A stretch of DNA of 64,000 nt from a virus: positions 1-64,000 of the IMG/VR virus record IMGVR_UViG_3300037087_000046; one strand, given 5' to 3'. A program made the position numbers and the translations under genes. Positions 9,801 to 19,570 of this stretch are shown here, in pieces (within the stretch, counting starts at the first letter, position 1; each line of letters opens with the position of its first letter). The notes beneath the pieces are model-generated. The model ran no database searches. It saw nothing but the letters and a program-made list of their open reading frames with translations, and was not told the DNA's origin.

Positions 9801-10340
9801 ATGCAAATTACAGACGAGATTTGGCTGGCTGGTAAGGGGCCAAGTCTGGATACTTTCGACTGGTCTAAGGCAGGGAAGTACCGAGTAGGAATCAATGAAG
9901 CAGCATATTTTGTACCGGACTGTTGGGGAGCAATTGCCCTTGATGAACGTGTCTTGGATAAGTATATGGGGAAGTGTGTCCCATCAAGACACCTGACCTA
10001 TGACCATGAACCATTGCCACCCCACATCATTGTGTTTAAGAAGCCCTCAGCGGCACGTTACAACTTCCCGAATGATTACACATGGCAGAAGCATGTTCAG
10101 GTTCAGACCTGCTACAGTACGGCCACAGTAGCCATTGAATTGTTTCATTCCTTTGGGGTAAAGAAAATAAACTTCATTGGCTTTGACTCATGGGATGGTG
10201 TTGGTAACTACTCAGACAAAATAATTGAGTTCAAAGGGCGTGGTAGTAACAGTGATTGTTTCAAGGGGATAAACCAACAGATTGCAAAGGTTCTAAAAGA
10301 AACGGGGGTTGAAGCCACTTGGCATCACCAATTGAAGTAG
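9801..10340 (+). CDS. MptE/DUF115(Maf)-like or sialyltransferase-fold protein
   Basis: LAGKGPSL, VGINEA, STATVAI, FIGFD motifs. Confidence 0.55.
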   Translation: MQITDEIWLAGKGPSLDTFDWSKAGKYRVGINEAAYFVPDCWGAIALDERVLDKYMGKCVPSRHLTYDHEPLPPHIIVFKKPSAARYNFPNDYTWQKHVQVQTCYSTATVAIELFHSFGVKKINFIGFDSWDGVGNYSDKIIEFKGRGSNSDCFKGINQQIAKVLKETGVEATWHHQLK

Positions 10341-10430
10341 CAGACACATATTGTCGTATAGATATGCGGCACTTATGCAAGATACTTGGCATGAAGATGC
10401 CAAATCCACTGGAAGGATTACCCGAAGTTT

Positions 10431-11945
10431 ATGCCGAAGACGACATTAGTGATAACGTGTTGCAACAAACTGGAACTACTCAAGTTGTGTCTACCAACAA
10501 TACTGAAGCAGAACGTTCCTGATTTAGAGATATTGGTTATCTCTGATACCCCTTATCAGGATGACTTGATTGAATACTGTACAGAGATGGGTGTGAAGTT
10601 CCATTTCACCCAGAATGAAGAACCCCGTACATGGTGTGTAACTGCTAACAAAGGTGTAGAGTTGGCAACAGGTGAGAACATCATTCTTTGTCATGCTGAA
10701 ATCTATCATATCGACAAGGTACTTGTCGATATGATAGCCACCATTAAGCCTAAAACAGTTGTGCATCCTATTGGGTATGACGACCAGAGTGGTAAGTATC
10801 TGAAGGTTGTTCAGTCTGGTAAAGATGGGGACTTAGAGACGTGCACGAGTTTAAACACCCGTGTGTCCTTCATACAAGGTTTCCGTAAAGAAGACTACGT
10901 TGGTTTTGATGAAGACTTTGCAGAAGGGCATGCGTTTGAGGATGTAGATTTTTCTGAACGTATGGAGCATTCTGGGTGTACCTTCGTAGAAGTACCTGCT
11001 AAAGTTGTGCATCTATTCCATAAGCGGGGTGTAACAAAAAACCGTAATGCTAAATGGGAAAAGAACCGTTTGCTTCTTGAAGAGAAACGCAAGGAGCGTC
11101 TTATTAAAAACACAGAAATAATTGATAAGATTGCTGAAGGTTCGGTAGTAGTTAATGTGGATAGTAAAAAGCCAATCCCCAAAAATATTTCACAAGCCAT
11201 GGTAAGGACACCTACGGTGTCCTTAATAATCTTCTGCCACAACAAACTAAGGTATCTTGCGAAATGCTGGCCAACCCTACGGAAACAACTTAAACCTAAC
11301 ATTGAAGTCCTTGTTATTTCCGATACCCCTGAACAGGCTGACTTAAAACAATTCTGTTCCAAGAATAATATCAGGGTACATTTCACAGGTAATACAAAAC
11401 CAAGAACGTGGTGTGTATCGGCTAACACCGGGGTAAATCTTACAACTGGGGATATTATTATCTTCAACCATGCAGAGATATTTCACTTGGGTAATACCAT
11501 TGAACAGATGGTGAAGAACATAGGTGTAAAGACCTTGGTACACCCTGATGGGATGGATGATATTAACGGAGTTTATCTGGGGGCGTTGAATCATGGAAAA
11601 CAGGGGGTCTACTCAAACAGGTATAAGTTGGGTACACAGTATTCATGCTGTCAGGCGTTCCGTCGTGAAGACTATCTTGGCTATGATGAAGAGTTTGCTG
11701 ATGGTCATGCCTGTGAAGATATTGACTTCTACGAAAGAATGGTAGAAGCAGACTTTAAGTTTATTGAGATACCTGCACGAGTGGTTCATCTATACCATAA
11801 ACGGGGGACGTATGGACAAGACCCCGAATTTATAGCAAAGCGTTACAAGCGCAATTGTGAGATACTGGAGAAGAAGCGTAATGATCGTAATATCATTTTA
11901 CACGGTAAACACCCCCTATCAAACGGAGATATTAAACCTTCGTAG
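10431..11945 (+). CDS. glycosyltransferase family 2 with two tandem GT-A domains
   Basis: Both halves contain EILVISDTP, PRTWCVxANxGV, HAEI, GxDExFAxGHAxEDxDF, VVHLxHKRG. Confidence 0.85.
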   Translation: MPKTTLVITCCNKLELLKLCLPTILKQNVPDLEILVISDTPYQDDLIEYCTEMGVKFHFTQNEEPRTWCVTANKGVELATGENIILCHAEIYHIDKVLVDMIATIKPKTVVHPIGYDDQSGKYLKVVQSGKDGDLETCTSLNTRVSFIQGFRKEDYVGFDEDFAEGHAFEDVDFSERMEHSGCTFVEVPAKVVHLFHKRGVTKNRNAKWEKNRLLLEEKRKERLIKNTEIIDKIAEGSVVVNVDSKKPIPKNISQAMVRTPTVSLIIFCHNKLRYLAKCWPTLRKQLKPNIEVLVISDTPEQADLKQFCSKNNIRVHFTGNTKPRTWCVSANTGVNLTTGDIIIFNHAEIFHLGNTIEQMVKNIGVKTLVHPDGMDDINGVYLGALNHGKQGVYSNRYKLGTQYSCCQAFRREDYLGYDEEFADGHACEDIDFYERMVEADFKFIEIPARVVHLYHKRGTYGQDPEFIAKRYKRNCEILEKKRNDRNIILHGKHPLSNGDIKPS

Positions 11946-12435
11946 GTCTCTTTCTAAACTTCACATGATTTCTCACATGAAGCCAGTTGAGAGTAAAGGT
12001 AGTTGGGCTTCTAACTGTTCTCTGAAACCCGGTATTATTCTTGAAGCGTTGGACAATTATCCAGACGATATTCTCTACCTTGATGCAGATGCTGAGGTTC
12101 TGGCTTACCCAAAATACTTTGAAACCATGCCGGGTGATATTGGTATGCACTATAAGGATGGTCGGGAGTTACTGAATGGGACTATGTTCATTAGAAATAA
12201 TCCTGCGTCCCGCAGTCTTATCTCTAAATGGGCAGAAGTACAAGCAGCCAATTCAGACCAGATGGATAACCACATTCTACAGAAAGTCATAAAGGAACAT
12301 GCTAAAGAACTTGGGTGTACTGTAACAGATATTCCCCCACAGTATTGCCAGATATTTGACCTGATGGCTAACTGTGGAGAACCTATCATACGCCATAACC
12401 AAGCAAGTAGGCGGTTCAAGAGGTTGGTGCGATGA
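11881..12435 (+). CDS. nucleotide-diphospho-sugar transferase (GT-A, DxD)
   Basis: ISFYT...W..N..LKP...ILYLDADA...LNGTMF...IRHNQASR. Confidence 0.75.
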   Translation: MIVISFYTVNTPYQTEILNLRRSLSKLHMISHMKPVESKGSWASNCSLKPGIILEALDNYPDDILYLDADAEVLAYPKYFETMPGDIGMHYKDGRELLNGTMFIRNNPASRSLISKWAEVQAANSDQMDNHILQKVIKEHAKELGCTVTDIPPQYCQIFDLMANCGEPIIRHNQASRRFKRLVR

Positions 12436-12511
12436 ACAGTGTAATAATCGGCTATATTTTAGCAGGTATTATTTTGTTCTGGATGTTAAAGATGGGTACG
12501 TATAAGGCATG

Positions 12512-12551
12512 AAAAAACCCACGAGACACTAAGTGTCTCGTGGGACTTTTT
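12512..12551. terminator. bidirectional intrinsic terminator between convergent blocks
   Basis: CCCACGAGACAC-TAA-GTGTCTCGTGGG, 12-bp stem flanked by A6 and a T run. Confidence 0.9.
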
Positions 12552-12552
12552 G

Positions 12553-13182
12553 TTATACCCGGATACTCATTTCTGTAAGGCGTTTGTACAACTTAGCGGT
12601 AGCCAAACAATCCCAAAGGGAGTTGTGGCTATTGGGGGTTTCAATACCTTCCTTGTTACACATGGACTCCAAACCTACTTTAGACCAAGGATATTCTTTT
12701 CCATTCATGACAGAATGGTCATTCATAAAATTAGCAACAGCCATTGTGTCTCGCGGATGATGACTGAAGTAGTGGGAGTACAACTCCCGCCCCATGATTG
12801 ATTCAAGGAAGGGCTTATCAAATGCAATGTAATTGTGCCCCAGTGGAATCATACGTTTGCGAACAACACCATTTTTTTCATAGGGTAGTTTCAGTCCAAT
12901 AACCCATTCCTCAAAATATCGAAGTGCTGCCTCCCTTGTCAATCCGTGCAGCAAGGCTTTCTTGTAACCACTGCCATTCACGCGTAAGGCCGCTGGGTCT
13001 GCATCCTCAGGGTGTTCCGGTTTGATGTAGCAGTCAAACACGGGGTCAATCGGTTCCATATCAGCGTTCAAGGGTACAATAGACCATTGCCATATTTCAT
13101 GCTTCTCCGGGTCTGTACCAGTTGTCTCGGTGTCAACTGCCACCAACTGTTCTCCGAAGAAGTGCTCAAGTGAGTTGGACAT
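12553..13182 (-). CDS. DEDDh 3'-5' exonuclease (DnaQ/RNase T-like)
   Basis: VDTETTG, GHNYIAFD, HNSLWD. Confidence 0.85.
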   Translation of the reverse strand: MSNSLEHFFGEQLVAVDTETTGTDPEKHEIWQWSIVPLNADMEPIDPVFDCYIKPEHPEDADPAALRVNGSGYKKALLHGLTREAALRYFEEWVIGLKLPYEKNGVVRKRMIPLGHNYIAFDKPFLESIMGRELYSHYFSHHPRDTMAVANFMNDHSVMNGKEYPWSKVGLESMCNKEGIETPNSHNSLWDCLATAKLYKRLTEMSIRV

Positions 13183-13535
13183 CTATTCCTCCACTTCAAG
13201 AATGAGTTTGTTTTCTTCTAATACTCCAGCCCTAAAATTGTGATAGGCTGTCCCCATTTGTTTTGACCCCTGTAAAAATTTACATTCGTCTGGGTGGTTG
13301 TCCAGCCATTCTTGGAACAACATTGCTATTTTACTTGCCATTAGTTAAATCCCCTTGACCGTTTTATGATAATCTGATAGTATTTCGTGTCCGTCTGCAC
13401 ACCTTAAAAGAGCGGAGGAATTGAGATACCCAATAGCAGACAATCTTTTCCCACAATGGCAAATGCCCCAGGGAAGATTGTCTAAGATGGTTTGTTGGCG
13501 TAGTGTTTCATCCTCAAGAACCCTCACGCGGTCTT

Positions 13536-13919
13536 TCAGTTTTCGATCTGTGATAGATATGCCAGTTGGCAGTCATCACTACATTGATGTTGTTCTTGAT
13601 GTTCTTCTAACTCCCCTAATTCGGACTCCAATTCCTCCTTCTCATCAAGTGCCTTGTTGGTAAGTTCTCTTACTCTTTCTGGGGTTAAGCCCTCCGGGTC
13701 TCCTTGGGACGTTACCCACGGGTGAGAATAACTTCTCCACTGCTCAAGTTCTTTCTCAAGTTCCAGAACATGTTGTTCCAATGCTTCTTTCATCTGACAA
13801 TCTTCACAGGGAGCCAAGTAGCCTGTCTTACCACAGTCATCACAGGAGACATATCCCCATCCTACATGATAATGACCATACCCACTGCATGTAGGGCATC
13901 TCTTAACTGGAAGATTCAT
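13536..13919 (-). CDS. hypothetical protein, DnaJ-type Zn finger plus coiled coil
   Basis: CPTCSGYG...CDDCGKTG. Confidence 0.5.
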   Translation of the reverse strand: MNLPVKRCPTCSGYGHYHVGWGYVSCDDCGKTGYLAPCEDCQMKEALEQHVLELEKELEQWRSYSHPWVTSQGDPEGLTPERVRELTNKALDEKEELESELGELEEHQEQHQCSDDCQLAYLSQIEN

Positions 13920-14424
13920 AGTCCAAGTGCCTCTCTTATCTGTGATTTGACTGTGGCGGTCGTTCTATTAACAATTTCCTTGTGCATTTTTTCTGACCCA
14001 CACCAATGGGTGGACAAATAATATGCCAATGATTTAGGTACTAATATCTTTGTTTCTTTTGAGGTTGTGCGTAGGTTATCACATATTTTTATATAAGGCT
14101 CATCAGCATCAAAATCAGCACCACATACCCAAAACCCATCTGGGGTTTCTAATATCCCGCCTATTGTTGCATCCTGTCTATCTCTCATTAAAATATCTCC
14201 TTGCTTTTTCCAGATATGAATTAGCCTCACTGAGTTCTTCTACTACGTCATATTCCCCTAGAGCAGTTTCTAACTTACATAGAACGTCATTTAGCATTTG
14301 TGATAAATCCATATAATCCAACTCAAGTTCTTCTACGTCTTCTACTCGGCAATATTGTCCCTTCGGTGTTGGTTCAGATTCCCAAGGAGGGTCTGACATC
14401 CCTTCATTCACTAAATTTATTCTA

Positions 14425-14949
14425 TCAATCATTTGACACCTCCTTAGCCAGTTCTGCGAATGTTCCTGAATTGTTAATGCCGTTGCTAATGTACTCTGGG
14501 TTGATGCCTTGTTCGCTTGAATGCTCACCAAGTTCCTTGGCGAGTCCTCCTCTACCATAAATCTTAATCACCTTCCCACCAAGACGAATAATCTCTTCCG
14601 CCTCATTGTTGTAGCGTACATCATCCACAATAATCAGGTAGTCTTTTGGGGCATCAAATCCCTTGTAATATCTTACTTCCTGAAGCATAGAATCTGCTTC
14701 AGTCTTCCATTCTCTTACCCAATACTTATCATCATAACGGCGGAATAGTTCCCCAAAATCCTGGAGGAACTTGCGACCCTTCTCATCCTTCTGCCCATCC
14801 CACCCGGCAAGTTTAGCCATTTCTTTGAGACGTTTTGCGAAGGGAATGATTAGTGCCACGGTACTTCTGTGGCACTGTGCCTTAATAAAATCAGCCGCTG
14901 TACTCTTGCCACTTCCTGCTTTTCCGGTAATGCCGACGTAGTTAATCAT
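14425..14949 (-). CDS. deoxynucleoside monophosphate kinase
   Basis: GITGKAGSGKST, FAKRLKE, RKFLQDFG, IVDDVRYNNE, HSSE. Confidence 0.85.
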   Translation of the reverse strand: MINYVGITGKAGSGKSTAADFIKAQCHRSTVALIIPFAKRLKEMAKLAGWDGQKDEKGRKFLQDFGELFRRYDDKYWVREWKTEADSMLQEVRYYKGFDAPKDYLIIVDDVRYNNEAEEIIRLGGKVIKIYGRGGLAKELGEHSSEQGINPEYISNGINNSGTFAELAKEVSND

Positions 14950-15337
14950 ATAGCGCAAACCACTCCTCGCTAAGAATATCTTCTGCTCTGAAATGAACAA
15001 ACACTGGGGGTATCTCTGCTTCTTTTGCATAGGGATAATAATACATTAGGTGGTATTGTGGGTCTGGGTCATCTTTAGGGTACCCTTCATAAACACAATA
15101 CCCTCCATGCCAGTTAGGGTGGCTTATTTTACATCCTGAGTGCACCGCTGAACTAACTGCATCAATCAGATTCATTTAGGCACCTCCGGCAGTGGCATCC
15201 AATGTGTAACTTGATGAATAATATCATCATTACATACCCACATTGTATATTCTCCCTCATAGCATGTAGCAACACATACTACCCCGTTTGCTGTAACGAG
15301 TAGAGGTATATCATACGGGGGGCTTCCTTGTAGCACG

Positions 15338-15817
15338 CTAATCCACTTCATGGAAGTATCCTTTCAACCCACATGCCCGAAGAATCTGGGCATTCTCTTT
15401 ACCAAATGCAACAAGCACCGAAGGTGCTCCTGCATTGTTAGGATAAATTGTACCATCACCCTTGCAAAATTGCAAGCGTTTTTCAAGAAAAAGAATACCG
15501 CTCATATTTGGGAACACTATCTCTTGGAACATCTTGGTGTCGGTACGTGCAAAGATAAGGGCTATACCATTACCGTGTGCAGCCAACTTCTTAACCCACT
15601 TAATAGTTTCTTTACCATAAGGGGGATTAAGCCATACACGCCCGTCCCAATCCATAAGAAGACCGTCATCGTCCTTTGTGAAGTGCCGCGTTGCTGTCTT
15701 CCAAGGCCGATTGATTGGACTGCAAGGGTCTAAATCGAAGCATCCCAACGCTTCGATAATATACTTTGGCGTAAGCCACTCTTCACTTCCATGCTGGTTC
15801 TGGTCAAAATTAGACAT
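15338..15817 (-). CDS. phage DNA N6-adenine methyltransferase (Dam-family)
   Basis: EWLTP, FDLDPC, DDGL, VWLNPPYG, ARTDT. Confidence 0.9.
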   Translation of the reverse strand: MSNFDQNQHGSEEWLTPKYIIEALGCFDLDPCSPINRPWKTATRHFTKDDDGLLMDWDGRVWLNPPYGKETIKWVKKLAAHGNGIALIFARTDTKMFQEIVFPNMSGILFLEKRLQFCKGDGTIYPNNAGAPSVLVAFGKENAQILRACGLKGYFHEVD

Positions 15818-15820
15818 ACT

Positions 15821-17242
15821 TTATCCATTCATCTTAATAGAGTAATTTTTATTTCCATCCGTATAGTACACCTTGCCACTTATGTTTGACAGCGGCATGG
15901 AAGAATCCAGCGGACAATTTGGTATTTCCTTTACCTTGGCGTTATCCATGAATACTTCCATTGTATCTCCATCCATCAACACACACGGACCATTAGGAAC
16001 CTTGGTGAAGTTTACTATCTTGTCATCTGTCTCTACAACGCGGCAGGTATATGTAGTATATTTTTTATCAAACACACAAACGAACCTGTAGTATTTTCCT
16101 GCTTTCTCAGCAATGACTACTAAGATTGTATCCTCACCCTTAACATCAATAACCCTGTGCCCGAATACTTCTGGTATCTCCTTCAACCAGATAGAACCCT
16201 GTTCGTATGGAATCGCAAAATACGGTCTACCTAATAGGTCTTGATAAACTACCCCATCAAAAATCTTTGGGTTAAGCAAAGAGCAGAGTTTTTTACCAGG
16301 TTGTTCAAGAAGGATGTTACTCACAGTGTAATACCTGCCATCTCTAACCATTGTGTTTTTAGGTAGTTTAACCTTCTTCACCATAGGACATTCAACAATA
16401 GTGAAGGCTGAATTAGAGGGAGTAAACAATACTGTCTGGGCTGTAATAGCCCCCATTCCTACAGGCGGTTCTAACCTATCACCATGTCTAAACACTCTTT
16501 TAAACCATTCCAGTTGGTTACTCGGTATGACTGTCAGTGGGCGGCAGGATGGTGGAAGTTTAACCCCCGAGTCAAAAACAGACGCATTATTCTGCATCCG
16601 CTTCAACCATTCTTTTGGTGCATATTTAGGGTGTGCGCCCTTGTAGGGATGTATGCCAATGTAAAGTTGAAAAGCAATAACCGCCAAAGAGAACCAATCA
16701 CTTTTCTCAGTAAACGTGGTCGCGCTAAAGTCTTTAACTGAATCCATCAAAGCAGTTGCCTTAAATGATTTTGTTTGGTAACTATCCACATCAATGAAGT
16801 ATGGGATATTGTTTGAAATAATCAAATTCATTTCATTCAAATCAACAACCAGTACACCTGCTGAATGGATACTTTTAACTGTTTCAATGAGTTCTGTTAC
16901 CATCTTTACAGCGTCTTTATCTGTGAATCCAATAGTGTCTCTATACCCCTTAGTGAAGTATTTACACATGGGCTGGGCATCTTGCACAAACTTAGTAACA
17001 TACCCAATAGGTACACCCTGTTGGTCTTTAACTATTTTGATTGGGGCTATCACATTTTGTTTTTTAATTAGGGAGAGTTCAGTAATCTTTTTGGTAGGTA
17101 GCATCTTTCGTGGATCATGGTAAACTTTTACCGCCATATCGTTGTTTAACTTGTATACAGTCCCCTCCCCGCCCGATGCCACATAGTTAGAGTCAGTTAA
17201 TGAACATTCACCATACCCATCAATTTGAACTTTCATTATCAC
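15821..17242 (-). CDS. Ser/Thr protein kinase-like protein with C-terminal accessory domain
   Basis: GGEGTVY, AVKVY, DLNEMN, FIDVDS, SDWFSLA, GIHPY. Confidence 0.85.
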   Translation of the reverse strand: MIMKVQIDGYGECSLTDSNYVASGGEGTVYKLNNDMAVKVYHDPRKMLPTKKITELSLIKKQNVIAPIKIVKDQQGVPIGYVTKFVQDAQPMCKYFTKGYRDTIGFTDKDAVKMVTELIETVKSIHSAGVLVVDLNEMNLIISNNIPYFIDVDSYQTKSFKATALMDSVKDFSATTFTEKSDWFSLAVIAFQLYIGIHPYKGAHPKYAPKEWLKRMQNNASVFDSGVKLPPSCRPLTVIPSNQLEWFKRVFRHGDRLEPPVGMGAITAQTVLFTPSNSAFTIVECPMVKKVKLPKNTMVRDGRYYTVSNILLEQPGKKLCSLLNPKIFDGVVYQDLLGRPYFAIPYEQGSIWLKEIPEVFGHRVIDVKGEDTILVVIAEKAGKYYRFVCVFDKKYTTYTCRVVETDDKIVNFTKVPNGPCVLMDGDTMEVFMDNAKVKEIPNCPLDSSMPLSNISGKVYYTDGNKNYSIKMNG

Positions 17243-17963
17243 TCCTAACTATCGCTGCCATTGAAAAATCATCTTTATGGTGTATACCATTTGTGGTCAA
17301 ATATCGCTTCAACAGGTTAAGTTTCTTTTGTAAGAACACCCCCTTAATAGAGGGGAAACTAATAACCTCATCCCCCATGTCTACTACTTCATCACCCTTG
17401 AAAAATTGTTGTATTCCATCCGACATAATAACAATCTTCTGTGGGTACTCAGCATACAGTGCAATCGGGGTTCTTATTTCACCGATGCTCTTTGAAAACC
17501 CTTGGCACAGTTGCTTTTCATAAGCAGCATCTCTATTTGGGTCTAACTTGTAACTCAAATAGTAGGGGGCGTTTGATGAATACTGGATGTCATGGTGTAC
17601 CCCGTCAATAGAGATTACCCCATCTCCCCAAGCATAAACAACACCCATGCTGTCTGTAGCCATAGCCACTATCAAAGTAGCATCAAATACTGTGCTTGGT
17701 AAATTAAGGGGTAGCATACTACTCCTTAATTTACCAAGTAGTAATTCCTCGAAGTCCCAAATATTAAAACAGATTCCATTTTCACTGATTACTTGGATGG
17801 CACATAGGGTAAGGAGTCTTGCACCAATGTCAGTGTTCTTGGATGAACTACAACCATCACTAACAATAGCATAATGTACCCCGTTTATAACCCCGTTAGA
17901 TGAATAATCTTCACATACTTTGTGTGTTGACCCAATTGTGAAAAAGGAATCTGTGTTGTACAT
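17220..17963 (-). CDS. PP2C-family protein phosphatase
   Basis: GSTH..CEDY, VSDGCSS, WGDG, MSDG, HKDDFS; start 1 bp after the vWA stop. Confidence 0.85.
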   Translation of the reverse strand: MYNTDSFFTIGSTHKVCEDYSSNGVINGVHYAIVSDGCSSSKNTDIGARLLTLCAIQVISENGICFNIWDFEELLLGKLRSSMLPLNLPSTVFDATLIVAMATDSMGVVYAWGDGVISIDGVHHDIQYSSNAPYYLSYKLDPNRDAAYEKQLCQGFSKSIGEIRTPIALYAEYPQKIVIMSDGIQQFFKGDEVVDMGDEVISFPSIKGVFLQKKLNLLKRYLTTNGIHHKDDFSMAAIVRSDNESSN

Positions 17964-17964
17964 G

Positions 17965-18696
17965 TTAGAATGTAAGGGGCTGGCTTGCCCCACTCCCCAA
18001 GGATTGACTTACACTGCTGATAGAGCGGCTTACAAAGGAAGCGAGTTTAGCAAGTTTGTTTTTGGATGCCTCACCAATATCAACAAACTGGTCAAGCCCG
18101 GCACTGTTTTTGAAGGCTTCAAGACCACGACTCAATATAGCCTCCCCGCCAGTAACCCCGATCAGTACGACAGTTACTGATTCAACTCCCTCACTCTTTT
18201 TAGCATCGTCAAGAAGGGCTTTGATTTTGTAGGGAGCAAAATTGGATGAGTTATCTTCCCCATCCGTGATAACAAAGATAACCGCGTTGCAATTTATACC
18301 ACTCTTTGGAAATGTGGAACCATACGTCAGTGTAGCATCAATAGAGGTATGTGTAGCATCATACAACGCCGTCATTCCACCAATACCCTTGAACACATCA
18401 TCATAATCATTCTGGTCGATACTGTTCAACATCTTAAACCCGTGGAACTCTGTCAGTTTGTTATTAAACAACACCGTTCGGAGAAGCAGATTTTCAGCAC
18501 GGGGGGATTTTTTACAAGCATCAATAATTTCTTTCAAACACGAAATCATCTCAGTCTTAAAAGAATCTACTGACCCTGATTGGTCTTGAATGATAGAAAC
18601 CAAGGTATACTCACTGGCTTCAAGGTCAGTTGCAGGGGTGGTGTTAAAGTGATACCCGTGGGGGGTATTCATAACTTCATCAGTAATGCGGGGCAT
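17965..18696 (-). CDS. vWA (MIDAS) domain protein, TerY-like
   Basis: DQSGS MIDAS, GGMTALYDA, ITDGEDN. Confidence 0.85.
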   Translation of the reverse strand: MPRITDEVMNTPHGYHFNTTPATDLEASEYTLVSIIQDQSGSVDSFKTEMISCLKEIIDACKKSPRAENLLLRTVLFNNKLTEFHGFKMLNSIDQNDYDDVFKGIGGMTALYDATHTSIDATLTYGSTFPKSGINCNAVIFVITDGEDNSSNFAPYKIKALLDDAKKSEGVESVTVVLIGVTGGEAILSRGLEAFKNSAGLDQFVDIGEASKNKLAKLASFVSRSISSVSQSLGSGASQPLTF

Positions 18697-18697
18697 A

Positions 18698-19504
18698 TTA
18701 TTTAACTCCTTTGAAGAAATCAACTGTGGTGCTAATTTGCATTCCACGCGCTGTCATGTCTTTCACAAACTTCTCACCCAATGCTTCAAACCCAGTAACA
18801 TTCGATGTGGCATCTTGCAACAACACAATCTTCTTAATGTTATCTTCCCCGAAGTTATTAGCAAGGTCAGTAACGCTATTACAGACACAGTGGCTCAGAG
18901 CCTCACCAGCCACAAGAACAACGTCGGCCTTTTTCAAGGTATCAATCAGTTCGGTGTTAAGTTGAGTGTTGCAATCTTTTGGGTCAGGTACGTCAGCCAG
19001 AAGAAGTGAGTAGTGTTCCGTGAATGGGTTAGACCCTTTCGTGATGTAATTGACCCACGCAGTCTCTTTTTCTTCCCAACGAAGGAGAGACTCATACAAC
19101 TCTGCATACACCTTGTGCCCGGTGCTACCAATCAAACAATGCGGGGGCCAGATACAAAGAACATAGCGGCTGTTCTGTTCCAACGTTTTAACGTAATCAA
19201 GGAAACGATTGCGGAGTTGGGGAAGGGTAGGATTCCACACGCCGTTCTTCACATCCGTAACGGAAATAACCGTAAACGGGTTAGGGTGTTTACCATTTGC
19301 ATCCACCCACATGTTGGGGTGTGCAATGTGGTTAAACGAGTGGGAATCCAACGACACACGGATGTCATTCAATTTGTCCCCATACTTATCAACCATCTTA
19401 ACAAGCCGACTCATATCTGAGTCAGCACCTTGCACAAACAATGCTCCTGTGGGGTCACAAAAGTCATGCTGTGGGTCTACTACAAACAAGTCAATTTTTT
19501 TCAT
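18698..19504 (-). CDS. nicotinamidase/isochorismatase-family cysteine hydrolase (PncA-like)
   Basis: VVDPQHDF, DSH..H, WPPHC, KG, GEALSHCV. Confidence 0.85.
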   Translation of the reverse strand: MKKIDLFVVDPQHDFCDPTGALFVQGADSDMSRLVKMVDKYGDKLNDIRVSLDSHSFNHIAHPNMWVDANGKHPNPFTVISVTDVKNGVWNPTLPQLRNRFLDYVKTLEQNSRYVLCIWPPHCLIGSTGHKVYAELYESLLRWEEKETAWVNYITKGSNPFTEHYSLLLADVPDPKDCNTQLNTELIDTLKKADVVLVAGEALSHCVCNSVTDLANNFGEDNIKKIVLLQDATSNVTGFEALGEKFVKDMTARGMQISTTVDFFKGVK

Positions 19505-19541
19505 CTTTCTTTTCTCCTTGGTTTATTTAACTACAAGAAAC

Positions 19542-19570
19542 ACTCTACACCTCTACTCCTGACGTGTCAA
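19542..19570 (-). promoter_or_regulatory. sigma70-type promoter for the nicotinamidase-vWA-PP2C-kinase operon
   Basis: TTGACA-N17-TAGAGT on the minus strand, ending 38 nt upstream of the ATG, followed by an AAGGAG RBS. Confidence 0.7.
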
